The translations under genes and the position numbers were made by a program. The notes beneath the pieces are model-generated. The model was given only the letters and a program-made list of their open reading frames with translations, did no database searches and was not told the origin of the DNA. A DNA stretch of 63,030 nucleotides, filler included, from Octopus bimaculoides (lineage: Eukaryota): assembly GCF_001194135.2 (NCBI RefSeq). It is 7 parts of 7 records of this genome, joined end to end, with 100 filler letters (N's around TTAATTAATTAA, not from the genome) between each part and the next. Parts side by side here need not be neighbours in the genome. Positions count along the whole stretch, not along the records: positions 11,590 to 17,767 come from NC_069009.1; positions 17,868 to 29,467 come from NC_068985.1; 5 more parts are not named here. One strand, given 5' to 3'. Below, piece by piece: positions 12,286-24,926 of this stretch. The number at the start of each line of letters is the position of its first letter. Within the stretch, counting starts at the first letter, position 1.

Positions 12286-13297
12286 ATATATATATATATA
12301 TATATATACAAATTAAAAGGGTAAAGGATTATCAATTTATTAATTAATAAATCAATTAATAATTAATAATTTTTTACCAAGCCCATCGGTATGAAAGCAC
12401 CATTATTGGTGGAGAACTTATTCAAAAGTTCATATATTTATAAATATAATTAAGGGATCAGCAATATATATGTATATGTATATATTTATGTGTGTGTCAT
12501 TGTGTCTTTGTTTGTTCCTGCATCGCTTGACAACTGATGTTCATGTGTTTACGTCTCCATAACTTAGTGGTTCGGCAAAAGTGAGGGGTTTTTGTCTTTC
12601 AAGGTACTTGGTGGCCCGGTTAGTGCCATGTAAAAAGTGCTGGTACCACGAGAAAGCACTGGTACTGGTGCTGCATAAAAAGCACTGGTGCTGGCGCCAT
12701 GTAAAAATACACCCAGTACACTCTGTAAAGTGGTTGATGTTGGGGAGGGCATCCAGCTTTAGAGGCCATGGCATAACAATGAAATCTGGTGCAGCTCCTG
12801 TCAAACAGTCCAACCTGATGATGATGATGCATAAAAAAGAGAGATGCTTCACAACCCATGCAAATCCAAGAGAAAAAAACTAGAAATTATTGTAGCTCCA
12901 TACTCCATCATTTGGTAACATTTTACTCTGACCAAACACGATTGGGACGTACAGGCTTTGGAGCGGTGCAATGTTTCTAAGGCCTTTAATTCCTTTGGTT
13001 TTCAGTGAAAAAGTTTGCTGGCAGTCCTTGTAAGATCTTTCAGACAAATATATTCCTGCTGTTTTTTTTATTGTCTTTCCCATGGGCCTTTAAAACCAGG
13101 CCTTAAAACTTTCAATGCTTTCCAATATGGAGGCTATAATTTGACTGATAACTGTTGGTTTTCTTCCAGTTGTTCTTTAGCTCCTGTTTATCCTACTTCA
13201 ATCATTGACTGAATAAAAGTATTATCAAAAATATTCCAGATGTGACCATCTCATTTGTTATTCAGACAAAGTAGTTGGTGTTAGTGGCTATACTTGT

Positions 13298-13690
13298 TGT
13301 TGTTGTTTAACCCCAGGTCAATCCTGATCCACCAGACCTACAATCAAAGATGTTCCAGCTGTGATGTTCCTCTTTTATTCAGGCATAGTGTATCTTGGAC
13401 TACATTATCAAATGTACAGTATAATAGTTAGTATTAGTAGTTATTGCTGTTTAGCCCCAGGTCAGTCCTGATCCAGTAGACCTATGATCAAAGATGTTCC
13501 AGATGTGACCATCTCATCTTTTATTCATTGCGTATCTAGGACTACATTATCTAATGTATAGTATAGTAGTTAGTATTAGTATAGATGTTCAGCAACAATC
13601 AGATCTGTGAGGAAAGGTTATCCATCCATGACCATCCCAAATTACATTCATACATAGTATATCTAGGACTACATTACCCCAATGTCTTTT
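13298..13690. repeat. Tandem duplication of a ~145-bp SINE-like unit (two full and partial copies)
   Basis: ttta(a/g)ccccaggtca(a/g)tcctgatcca...caaagatgttccag...ggactacattatc..atgta..gtata occurs at ~13310 and ~13450, with a partial third copy. Confidence 0.8.
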
Positions 13691-14526
13691 GTTTTTCTTT
13701 CTTTTTTTTCTTTTTTTTTTCAGATGTGAATTGTAGGAAATTTAGTTGCTATTTCTAGCCTGTTCACTGTCTGTACAAAGGTTCCTCTAATCAGCTCAGA
13801 TGAGGCTGACCCTTAAATGAAAACCCCCTGAACCAATTCCCATGGTATTTCTCACCAAGCATACCCCACCATGTTTCCTTGCTCTGCATTTCTTCTTTCA
13901 TAATCGTTTAGTATGAATTCACATGGCCTAGTGGTTAGGATATTATTATTCATCATCTTGCCACTGCAGTTTCAATTCCTGGACTGGGTGATGCTTTGTG
14001 TCCTTGAGCAAAACACTCCATTTCGAATTGCTCCGGTCTTACTCAGTTGTGAATAAGTTACCCTGTGACAGAGACACACTGGTGGCACATTGCCTAATGA
14101 TTAGAGCATTTTTTTACTTATTGCTGTGTATATATATATATATATATATATAGTGCATTTGGCATAAGGAAGGGCATCTGGCTATAGGAGCCAAGTCAAA
14201 ATGGACTACAGAACCTGATGTGATCCCTGACCTTGCCAGTTCCTGTCAAACCATCCACCCATGCCAGCTTGGAAAACAGATGTTAAATGTTGATGAGGAT
14301 GATATACATACANNNNNNNNNNNNNNNNNNNNNNNNNNNNNNNNNNNNNNNNNNNNNNNNNNNNNNNNNNNNNNNNNNNNNNNNNNNNNNNNNNNNNNNN
14401 NNNNNNNNNNNNNNNNNNNNNNNNNNNNNNNNNNNNNNNNNNNNNNNNNTATATATATATATATATATACATACATACATATGTAAGCTATCTGAGAGTC
14501 TATAAGTCAGGGAAAAAATGCACTTG

Positions 14527-14647
14527 TATATCCAATACGGCTGATCTTACCAATTGGTTTCACACTATAGGTTCAACGGAGTGTTACCGAACGCTCCATT
14601 GAACCCTTAGTGTGAAACCGATGGTACGATTGGTCATAACGGATATA
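14527..14647 (+). other. ~120-nt imperfect hairpin with 4-nt loop (candidate structured RNA or decayed MITE)
   Basis: Left arm tatatcc...ggtttcacactataggttcaacggagtgtt, loop accg, right arm aacgctccattgaacccttagtgtgaaacc...ggatata. Confidence 0.8.
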
Positions 14648-15596
14648 TAATCAGTGAGTGATAAACAATCCAGGCAAAATGCTTTAGAAGTTCTCTGTTA
14701 GTACATCAGGATAACAATATTGTTTAGGTTAGTAAAGAACTCTGTGTATTTTTGTAGCAAGGTCTAAGGTTTATAGTTCACCGCCTTTCTATATTCTAAA
14801 TCCATGGTTGTGTTGCAGTTATACTAGTTTTCACACAGTGATATACAAGGCAAGACGTAAATAATGGTCATTACATGTTTTTTTTTGCATTGTGGTAAAT
14901 TTGCTTTACAGCTGTTTCCCGTGGTCCTTATAGGTTTGTTATTGATTGCAGCCCCTCAGCTTACCTACCAACCCTGATTAAACTGTCCAACCCATGCCAG
15001 CATGGACAATGGGCATTAAATGATGATGATGATGAGGTCTACTTAATTGGCCATTGATTGGTTGAGAAGGAGTGAACGACCTAGAAGATTAATGCCAGTT
15101 TCTTCAGAACTATTTCTGGTTTAAATACATGCACGTGCCCACGCACACACACACATACCTTCATACTTATAGGCATATAACTGATTTTCAGCCCGGACTT
15201 CCACATATGTACGAAAGGTCATGTAGCTCGAGCCAGATACTTAAACTGGGTCATGTAATTCAACCAATCAAGTCACTTGCTACCATTTACTGCATATGTG
15301 AGAAGGAAAAGAATAAAAGTTCACCATTTTAAATTCATCCCATTTTATTGTATTTTTTAATACTGTGTCTTTCTGTCTGCAAAGTGGAAGGAATGGCATG
15401 ATGTTTAAGGAATTTGGTTGCTATTTCCGGCATTTTGAATGGCTTCATAGAGACTTCCTCTTTAGCTTGCTAAATTTTAATGAAATATTAAATTTCTTGT
15501 GAAGATGCAAATAGAAATAATGTGTGTGTGGGTGGGTGTGTATGTGAGCATCTACTGGATATCTATCTATCTATCTGACTAATTTATCAGTCTATT

Positions 15597-15760
<164 letters not shown>

Positions 15761-15893
15761 TGTGTGCATACATATGTGTATATGTTGGTCTATCTATATA
15801 TCTACATTTCTACATATTTGCATATAAATATACATACAATATACACACACACATATTAATTTTCATATAGAGAGCATATGTTGTATATACTCA

Positions 15894-15972
<79 letters not shown>

Positions 15973-16077
15973 ACAGAGAGAGAGGGGGAGAGACAGACAG
16001 ACAGAATATTTATACATGTACATACATACACACCCACCACATGCACACATGTATATCTATATCTGTCTACCCATATA

Positions 16078-16268
16078 TTCTTTCACTTGTTTCAGTCTTT
16101 TGACTGCGGCCATGCTGGAGCACCACCTTTAGTTGAACAAATCGACACCAGGACTTATTCTTTATAAGTCTAGTTCTTATTCTATCAGTCACCTTTGCTG
16201 AACTGCTAAATTACGGGGACGTAAACACACCAGCTCTGGTTGTCAAGTGATGGTGGGAGGACAAGCAG

Positions 16269-16303
<35 letters not shown>

Positions 16304-16458
16304 ATAATACGACGGGCTTCTTTCAGTTTCCATCTACCAAATACATTCACAAGGCTTTGGTCAGCCCAAGGCTATAGTAGAAGACACTTGCCCAAGGTAC
16401 CATACAGTGGGACTGAACTCATAGCAAGTTTCTTACCACACAGCCACTCCTGCGCCTA
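16078..16458 (-). mobile_element. SINE family B with internal microsatellite
   Basis: Reverse complement of the family B head (taggcgcaggagtggctgtgtggtaag) and tail (ggtgctccagcatggccgcagtcaa..gactgaaacaag). Confidence 0.85.
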
Positions 16459-16522
<64 letters not shown>

Positions 16523-16659
16523 NNNNNNNNNNNNNNNNNNNNNNNNNNNNNNNNNNNNNNNNNNNNNNNNNNNNNNNNNNNNNNNNNNNNNNNNNNNNNN
16601 NNNNNNNNNNNNNNNNNNNNNNNNNNNNNNNNNNNNNNNNNNNNNNNNNNNNNNNNNNN

Positions 16660-16749
<90 letters not shown>

Positions 16750-17767
16750 TACACACACACTCCCATACATACATATTCTCTATAGATGCAATGCTTATTC
16801 TCGGTGCATCAACTTCCATCCACATCTAAGTTTCTCCATGCACCATATTTGGTCGTTGCAATCGTTAATGATAATAGTAGTGGTGGTAGTAGTGGTGGTG
16901 TAATGGTGATGGTAGTAGTAGCAGCAGTAGTAGTAGTAGTAGTAGTGGTGGTGGTGGTGGTGGGGGTTCAGTAGTGGACGTTGACTGGAATGCACAGCAG
17001 TGGTACTGTATACCTTGTAGTGATGGCGATGGTGGTGGCTGTATGCGATGGTGTTGATGGTGGCTGTGGTGATAAACGGTTGTAATAGTTGTAGTGGTGG
17101 TCGTGGATGGGTCTTTTTTTTTTTCATCTTCTAATCAAGAGAGAAAGCAATTGCCTTACACCCAGTACTAGGTTTCCGAGAGAGTGGGGTAGAGGGTACC
17201 CTGAAATCAGAACCTGTCCCAGACACTTGTAACGGACTACATTTTGTTAGGGGTACCCAAGGTTACCTGGTGATGGTGGTATCAACACCCAAGTTGTATA
17301 GTTGTATGTGGTGGTGGTTGTGGTGGTAGTACTGTAGCCTTGGTGGTCATGTATGGTGGTGGTTGAGGTTGTAGTGGAAGTGGTCCTGTGATTAGGGTAA
17401 ACGAGCTAGCTGCATTGAGGGAGAAGTAGAGGGGGGAGAAAGAGAGAGACACACAAAGGAAGAAAGAGAAAGAGAGAGAGAGACAAAGGAAGAGAAATAG
17501 AGAGAGAGACAAAGGAAGAGAAAGAGAAAGAAGAAAGAGAAAGAGAGAGGAAGGCAGACAAAGGAACAAAGAGAAAAGAAAAGAGAAAAATAAGAGAAAG
17601 AAAGGGAGAAATAGAAGAGTAAGAATAATTGTGTACACATCTATTTTTGAGTTTTGTGTTATCAGTGTGTGTGTGTGTATATATCTGTGTATGTGCGTTT
17701 GTCTGTCTGGGTTCCATCCATGTAGCGATCAATTTTTTTTTTTTTTTTTCCGCCCATCCTACTGCGG

Positions 17768-17867
17768 NNNNNNNNNNNNNNNNNNNNNNNNNNNNNNNNN
17801 NNNNNNNNNNNTTAATTAATTAANNNNNNNNNNNNNNNNNNNNNNNNNNNNNNNNNNNNNNNNNNNN
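17768..17867. other. Artificial 100-bp scaffold linker
   Basis: 44 N + TTAATTAATTAA (17812-17823) + 44 N. Confidence 0.92.
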
Positions 17868-17893
17868 ATATATATATATATATATATACATAC

Positions 17894-18666
17894 ATTGGGT
17901 CATCCCATAAATAATATGGTCTTTTTTCAATTGCATGAACTGAAAGTCAGAGGGGGACAAGATAAAGTACCTGAATCAACTTGCTATAAAAGCAGGTACT
18001 AATTTTATGTTGTACTTATCCTTAATGCAAGTTATGATGAGTGCAGTTTAATTTTAACAGCTATTTTTTCAAAGCTATAATGGAAGTGACAAAGGTGCAT
18101 ATTCAGTATATTTTGGTTTATGAGTTCAATAACAGCAACAACGCAATGGAAAGTGCAAGGAATATTAATGCATTAGTTGGGGGTCAGACAATGGTGGTTC
18201 CAGAAATTCCGAGTTGGGAACTACAGCCTAGAAGACAAGCCTCATCCTGGAAGACCTGCAGAGCTCGATGAGAGTGTCCTGCAAACCCAGGTGGAACAAA
18301 ATCCCATTGTAACCGTAGAGAAGCTTGGATTTGGTCGTTCAACCATTCATCGACATCTGTGCACCATCAGAAAAGTCAGCAAATTAGGTCAATGAGTTCC
18401 TCAGAAACTTTACGGGTCTAATGCTTGGCCACATACAGTGAGGATGACATTCCAAAGGCTGGAGCAGTTTCAACGGGAAACAATGCCCCACCCACCGTAT
18501 TCACTGGACATTGTTCCAGCTGGTTATCATTTATTCCGCAGTCTTCAAAATCATTGTAGAAAAGGAAGGAGAGTATATTTTAGATTACGAAAGAACTTTG
18601 TTTATCTTAATTTTGAAAAATAAAAGAAGTAAAAAAAAAAACGCATTAATCATGGGATTACCCAAT
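17894..18666 (+). mobile_element. Internally deleted mariner element with both TIRs
   Basis: TIRs attgggtcatcccataaataat and attaatcatgggattacccaat; broken transposase MEVTKVHI...EF...ARNIN, WFQKFRVGNYSLEDKPHPGRP, LGQ*VP (WVP-like) and HPPYSLDIVP..YHLFRSLQN (YSPDLAP-like); most of the catalytic domain is missing. Confidence 0.88.
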
Positions 18667-18674
18667 ATTATATT

Positions 18675-18707
<33 letters not shown>

Positions 18708-18714
18708 CTCATAC

Positions 18715-18911
18715 CTTGCAGTTATATTGCTGTTGCTAGCACATTTCTCATCAAAGCCAACAGTGTTTTTGTCTCTTCGATTGACATCAAGGGGAATCAT
18801 CATATAGACCATTCGATTGGCATAATGAATGGCCTGGCTATAGACAGTGGACTCTTCATTGTTCACCATTTCTTCCTGTTGTTCTTTGCTAAGATTTGGC
18901 CAAATTCTTAG
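18715..18911 (-). CDS. SBF2: Sbf (MTMR5/MTMR13) internal exon, 4th of 4 in the window
   Basis: Acceptor ttcttcatatAG, donor GTatga; 197 bp, phase 0-2; LRIWPNLSKEQQEEMVNNEESTVYSQAIHYANRMVYMMIPLD...ASNS matches my recollection of vertebrate SBF1/2 (LRLWP.LS...QQELV..EESTVFSQAIH.AN.M..LL.PLD). Confidence 0.93.
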
Positions 18912-19377
18912 CTATATGAAGAAAAAAAATACTTGACATAAAACTGTTTTGTCTCCAAGTTGTAGTCATCAACTAAACTCATATTAGAAACAAAAAGCAA
19001 TTGGCAACATACCCACTGAGCATAAATTTAAAACAAATTATGACATATGTCATCAAATTAATATTTTATTCATAATTAATATTTTATTCATAATTTCACA
19101 GGGTGATTAAATAAGAAATCTATTATTCAAATTAATATAGACTTAAAAAGAGTTAATTAATGAAGTCAGGTTATCAGTTAAGCATCTTTATACAAAGACA
19201 GTGCAACTGAACTGAGTGAAATTATTTAAGAGAAGATTGTCACAGATATTTACAAATATATAGGAAGAAATTGGAGGAAGAAGGTCAGGAATGTTAAAAT
19301 GACATGTTCTATCTTTCTACATGTGTATACCAAAATATTTATACTATTTCCAGAGGAATTAATGCTTGGCATATTAC

Positions 19378-19488
19378 CTGCTCAGCTGCAATATCAAGAG
19401 CACCAATTTCTTTTGGTCGAAAAAGACTCGGGGCTGAACGCCGATGTGTATCTGGTGTGCATGATTTGCTCCTTGAAGGGTCTAAACT
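19378..19488 (-). CDS. SBF2: Sbf internal exon, 3rd of 4
   Basis: Acceptor cattttctccAG, donor GTaata; 111 bp, phase 0-0; SLDPSRSKSCTPDTHRRSAPSLFRPKEIGALDIAAEQ joins to LRIWP, giving the conserved ALD.AAEQLR.WP. Confidence 0.9.
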
Positions 19489-20331
19489 CTGGAGAAAATG
19501 AAATAGAAGTATTAAGTAAGAGAAAATTGCAACATTTGACTAACTTAAAGAATAAAATATTAGATGGCAAATAGCTGTAATGTTTCGCTGACAGGAGCAA
19601 CAAAATTCAGTCATCCAACTAACACTTTCATTAAGATTTGAAATAACATCTGGAAATAACAGCATTTAAAAAAATTTAGCTGTCCATATACAAGTTTACA
19701 ACTGGCAGCAAATTATATAAAAAAAAAAGTTCCCATCTACTTGTCTCTCATTATTTGAAATCAGAACGATTCAAATTTAGGTAAATTTGATGGTAACCAA
19801 CAATAAAATTGTTATTTTTCATAGTAATGAAACAGAAATTTTAAACTGCTAAGATTTACTACATCAGAAATTTTGCTATTCCTACAATTTGCACAGCCTA
19901 CAAGACTGGGTTTAAGAAGGAAGAAAGGAAGGAGCAAAAAACTCAGGGGTTACTCCATTTGGAAGCAGGGTAACAAGATACCAGTTTAGATACAACAAAG
20001 TGAACTGTTTTTAAGGTAGCCGAAGACCAGGCGACTTAGATAAGAAATTAAATCTATCATCCAAGAACACTGACACTCCCTACCCCTCACTCTACATACC
20101 AACAGGCTTCCACACAGTTTCTCTCTAACCAGTTTCATTCACAAGATTTGGGTTGACCACAGGTTGTGGTTAAGGATACTTGCCAAGATTTAGTGGGTCT
20201 TAATTTCCAGAACCACATAATTGCAAAGTGGATATCTTTATTTTTACATTAGATATCTGCAATATTTTTATGTTACTTATCAACAACTAAACTATAGTTA
20301 TTAAATATTAACAATATCATTGTGTTTTAGT

Positions 20332-20715
20332 ACTCTTTTGTGGCCATACTGGAGCACTGCCCTTTAGTTGAGCAAATCGACCCCAGGACATATTCTTTGG
20401 AAGCCTAGTACTTATTCTATCAATCTCTTTTGCTGAACCACTAAGTTATGGGGACGTAAACACACCACCATCAGTTGTCAAGCAATGCTGGGTGGACAAA
20501 CACAGACATAAACATATATACACACATACATATATATATATACATATATACGACGGGTTTCTTTCAGTTTCCATCTACCAAATCCACTCACAAGGCTTTG
20601 GTCAGCCCGAGGCTATAGCAGAAGACACCTGTCCAAGGTGCCACGCAGTGGGAATGAACCCGGAACCATGTGGTTGGTAAGCAAGCTACTTACCACACAG
20701 CCACTCCTGTGCCTA
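20332..20715 (-). mobile_element. SINE family B, near full length, intronic
   Basis: Same head and tail blocks as the 16078 and 61521 copies. Confidence 0.85.
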
Positions 20716-21108
20716 GTAATTAAATATAAACAATATTGTTGTAGTATAGTTGTTGAAAGTAAAAAAAATATTGTATTTTAATTATTCATCATTGTCATTT
20801 AACATCCATTTTCCATGCTGGCATGGGTTGGACAGTTTGACTGAAAACTGGTAAACCAGGGAGCTGCATCAGGTTCCAATCTGATTTGGCATGATTTCTA
20901 GGGCTGGATGCCCTTCCTAACGCCAACCACTCCAAGAGTGTAGTGGGTGTTTTTTACATGCAACCGGTATAGGTGCTACTGATGTAAATATAAATAACAT
21001 CATTGCATTTTAGTTACTAAATATAAACAACATTGTTTTTTAGTTATTAAATATTAATAATCAAAAGCTAAAACAAGTACAAACCAAGTGTCAAAAATTC
21101 ATACCTAC

Positions 21109-21312
21109 CGAATCTCGGCCATAACTTGAATTCTTTGCCTCTTCCCGTGTGTTTTCAGCAACAAAATGTTCTTCATAGTGAGGCAAATAGAGTTGACGGA
21201 TTTCTTTTTGGACATCAAGATAAAATGAAGCTTCCCAGAACTGATTGTTTCTCCACACTGCATGTTCTTGTACACAAGTGTACGCAAACTGAATTACACC
21301 AGTGCACAATTT
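21109..21312 (-). CDS. SBF2: Sbf internal exon, 2nd of 4
   Basis: Acceptor catatttccAG, donor GTaggt; 204 bp, phase 0-0; [43 protein letters not shown] resembles SBF1/2 KL.PGV.QFAY.CVQ.H.VW...QFWE..FY..VQ..IR.LYL. Confidence 0.94.
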
Positions 21313-22299
21313 CTGGAAATATGCATTTTATTTTGCTAGTTTTAAATCACAACACTTTCACTCCATATTGAAAATAAATTAGGAAATTCATTAATTACTG
21401 AAAACAACAAATAAAATTAAGCAATCATTACACAGATCTATTTCACACTACTACTACTACTGCAATAGTTATTTCTTCATTGCACAGTGTAGATCTAAAC
21501 GACTGGTATTTGTCTTTCTTTTTTTTCTTTTTTCAAAGGCCTTAGACCTTGAAAATATTAACTGTTCCAAAGAACACATAATTTCAGAGTGCTCAGACAT
21601 CTGTTTTGATAGCCAGTTCAGGTGGTATGATAATTTTTGCAGGAACCTAATGCTCTGATAACTGGTACAACTTTCACTTTTCCTGCTAGATATTCCCACA
21701 TTCTTAATAGTTCTACATTTAATTCAGCATATTTTGAGAGTTTTTTTTTACATCATGAGGTATTTCATTTTATTTTTATTATTTTTATTGTTATTATTAT
21801 TCAGTGAGAGAGCATAACATGCCATCAAAGTGACACTGGGGTACAAATATATGAAACCCAATACATCCATCATAATAATAATAATAATAACACTCAGAGA
21901 GCATAAACCTCTGCCAAAGCAACACCAATGTCCTCTCAATGATTAGTCAGAGATGATTTTTAAAATGAGAATATCTGAAATAAACTCAACTGCTCTCACA
22001 AATGAGAATACTAAAAATGAACCCAACCGCTCTCAAAAATTAAGTAAAAAAAGACAGGAAAAATAATCCAGAATCCTTGTCTGGTACTGGATCAATCCCC
22101 AAATCTAATCAGTTCATGCCAGTCATGAGGCCAAATATTCTTAGAAGCTTCATCTGAATCCATCCAGTGGTTCTTGAGATATCTTGTCCAAGGACAAACA
22201 AACAAACAAACAATCAAACACAACTGAGAAACAATACCTCTTCCTTCGCTAAGGTGGAGGCAACAATAAAGGTGGCAACCTAGCAGAACCATTTACATG

Positions 22300-22458
22300 C
22301 CAGGCAAATTTACATTCTGAATTCAAACTCTGCCAAGGTCAACTTTGCTTTTTATCCTTTCAGAGTCAATAATATAAGTACTAGTTGAGCACTGGAATTG
22401 ATATAATCAACTACCCTTCTCTTACAAAATTACAGGTCTTGTGTCTATATTAGAAAGG

Positions 22459-22499
<41 letters not shown>

Positions 22500-22925
22500 G
22501 GTGGTGAACTGATAGAACCACTAGCATGGAAGGCAAAATGCTAAGCAGCATTTTGTTTGTCTTTATGTTCTGAGTTCAAACTCTGCCGAGGTCAACTTTG
22601 CCTTTCATTCTTTCATGGTCGATGAAATAAGTGCCAGTCAAGTACTGGGGTTAAAGTCATCAACTAGCTCCTCATCCTCCAAAACTTTTAGCATTGTGCC
22701 TACAGTAGGAAGATTTATTATTATTATTATCATTATTGACAGTGACAAACTGGCAGAATTTTTAGAATGTGGGATATGTTTTACGTTCAAATCCTGCCAA
22801 AGTCAACTTGGCCTTTGGGGATCAATAAAAAATAAAGTACTGGTCAAGTACTGGAGTAAATGTAATTGACTGAGCCCTTCCCCTAAAACCACTGGGCTTG
22901 TGCCAAAATCAGAAAGAATTATTAT
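22300..22925 (+). mobile_element. Three consecutive CpG-decayed SINE family A copies
   Basis: gaggtcgactttgcc is decayed to aaggtcaactttgc and gaggtcaactttgcc; copies are separated by (ATT)n. Confidence 0.8.
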
Positions 22926-24007
22926 TAGTAGTATTACTTTATGATAGGGCAGAATCAGTAGTGTGTCTGACTGTCTCCAGAATGTAGGCATTTGAGTTCA
23001 GATTTCATTGATATAAATTTCCATTAATAGAATCAGATATTTTATCTCTCTTACCAATGAATCTGCTGACAGCTTTGATCCAATTTATTGATTTGATTTT
23101 AATGGAAACTTATAAGTCTAAGATTGTGTCATTAGCAAGATGTCTGCTACAGTTCAGGATATGACTACAATGTTTGACATAATACCATATAATAACCATT
23201 AACCTCTTGCAGACAGATTTAGTACTGACAGTCTGTGCTGTGTACCAGTATTAGGCCATTCAGTAACTACATAATTTTTCATACAAGGAATTTTACAGTA
23301 TATTTACAGATTCTTCTCATTATGGTATATTTGAAAACACAGTACTGCACACAATGAGACACTGCACAGCTCACACACACAGTGTTTCAATGTGGTCAAT
23401 ACCGCTTTCCATCTGCAAGGGGTTTAGTAACTGCAATTACTCTGACTAACAATGTCTCATGCCATATTAACCAGGATAGCTCCTTTAATCTTTAAATCTT
23501 CAATATTTCTTCTGTGACTTTGATACTAACTGTTGACATCTCTCCAAAAATTCTTAATAGACACCAGTTACCCAGCATCCTTTGCCAGACACCATCTTGA
23601 TAACGTCACAGACATTCACACCTCTAATGACATTTCCTTTTTTTTTAAACTGCCACACTTTAGTAATAAAATAACTGATGTAATCTGTAGAGAGGGATTG
23701 AATATGCAAGGGAAACACTGAGAAGGAAATAAGTCTAGGAGCTGGACAATGTTCCATCAATAATGCAGGCATTCATCCACATGATTTAATACTACCTGCC
23801 TGCAATATTAGAATTTTAAATTGTAACATCATTAATTTGATCTGTGCTTTTAAGCCTGAACTATTGAAATACACGGTAAAAATATAAACTATTGTAGTTG
23901 TTGGTTTGCTTATGTTTTTACTTGCTTACTTCTAAATTTGTAGCGAGTTCCTTAAACACCATTACTCTAGATTTTAAAAGGATTCCTATGAACTTAAATT
24001 CACTTAC

Positions 24008-24076
24008 TCGACAGAAAGAGGTTGCAAGAGGTAGAATAGCATATGCAACTCCATTTTCATCCATGCTGGAATCATT
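24008..24076 (-). CDS. SBF2: Sbf internal exon, 1st of 4
   Basis: Acceptor ttttattttcAG, donor GTaagt; 69 bp, phase 0-0; NDSSMDENGVAYAILPLATSFCR resembles SBF1 D..[20 protein letters not shown] and reads straight into KLC of the next exon. Confidence 0.92.
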
Positions 24077-24670
24077 CTGAAAATAAAAAATTTTTTTAAT
24101 AATTTAGAGAAAAAAATTGATGAATAATGACTAATAGTAACCCTCATCATCATCATCATCATCATCATTTAATGTCCATCTTCCAAACATGCATGGGTAG
24201 GATGGTTGACAGGAGCCGGCCAGGTAAAACACTACCCCAGGTTACTGCGTCTGTTTTGGCAGGTTTTTTTACAGATGGATACCCTTCCTAGTACCAACCA
24301 CTCTGCAGAGTGGACTCAGTGCTTTTTATGCAGCACTAGCATAGGTGGAGTTAGTTTTGGCATGATTTTTACAGCTTGATGTCCTTCCAAATGCCAACCA
24401 CTTTACAGTGTGGACTGAATGCTTTTTATGTGGCACCAGCACTAGCAGGGTCACTAAGTAACTTGCAAGACAAAGAATTTTGAGAGGGTCAGGGTCATTT
24501 GAGGAGAGAACTCATGTCAGATGATGAAAGGTTAGAGTGTGACAGAGAAGCAGAAACAGGTGTCTTGCTATGGAGGAAGTACATAGTTACCCAGCGAGAG
24601 AGAAAGAGCGAGAGGGGGAGGGAGAGAGAGAGAAGAGAAAGGGGAGAGAGAAAAGAGAGAGGAAGAGAGG

Positions 24671-24715
<45 letters not shown>

Positions 24716-24926
24716 TAATATATGGTAGAAAGTGAAATCAAAAATTATTAATAATTTTTTTTCCTCTCTCCTTTTGTCAAGGTTATTTCAAATGTTATCA
24801 ACTTTCTAATGTTTTCTGGCGATTCCTCCATATATAACAAAACAAAGCTACACTCCAAATACTAAACTATCTCAAGACAGCTAGAAAACATTCCAGCTGT
24901 GATCAACTGATGAACTTGATATTGAT

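Noticed and set aside
12880-13212. Non-repetitive-looking stretch with short ORFs in the CpG-depleted piece, checked as a possible downstream Sbf exon
   Set aside because: All frames contain stops and none resembles the expected S.AESYD.ESGFED continuation.
15150-15292. Minus-strand frame with two in-frame TGAs (NGSK*LDWLNYMTQFKYLARAT*PF) after a good acceptor, suggesting a selenoprotein
   Set aside because: No match to any selenoprotein motif I know, no SECIS identified, and the other frames also stop; chance is sufficient.
19304-19501. Plus-strand ORF (RGINAWHITCSAAISRAP...KLWRK) with a plausible acceptor, resembling a terminal exon
   Set aside because: It is the antisense shadow of the Sbf exon at 19378-19488, whose minus-strand frame has recognisable homology and correct phases.
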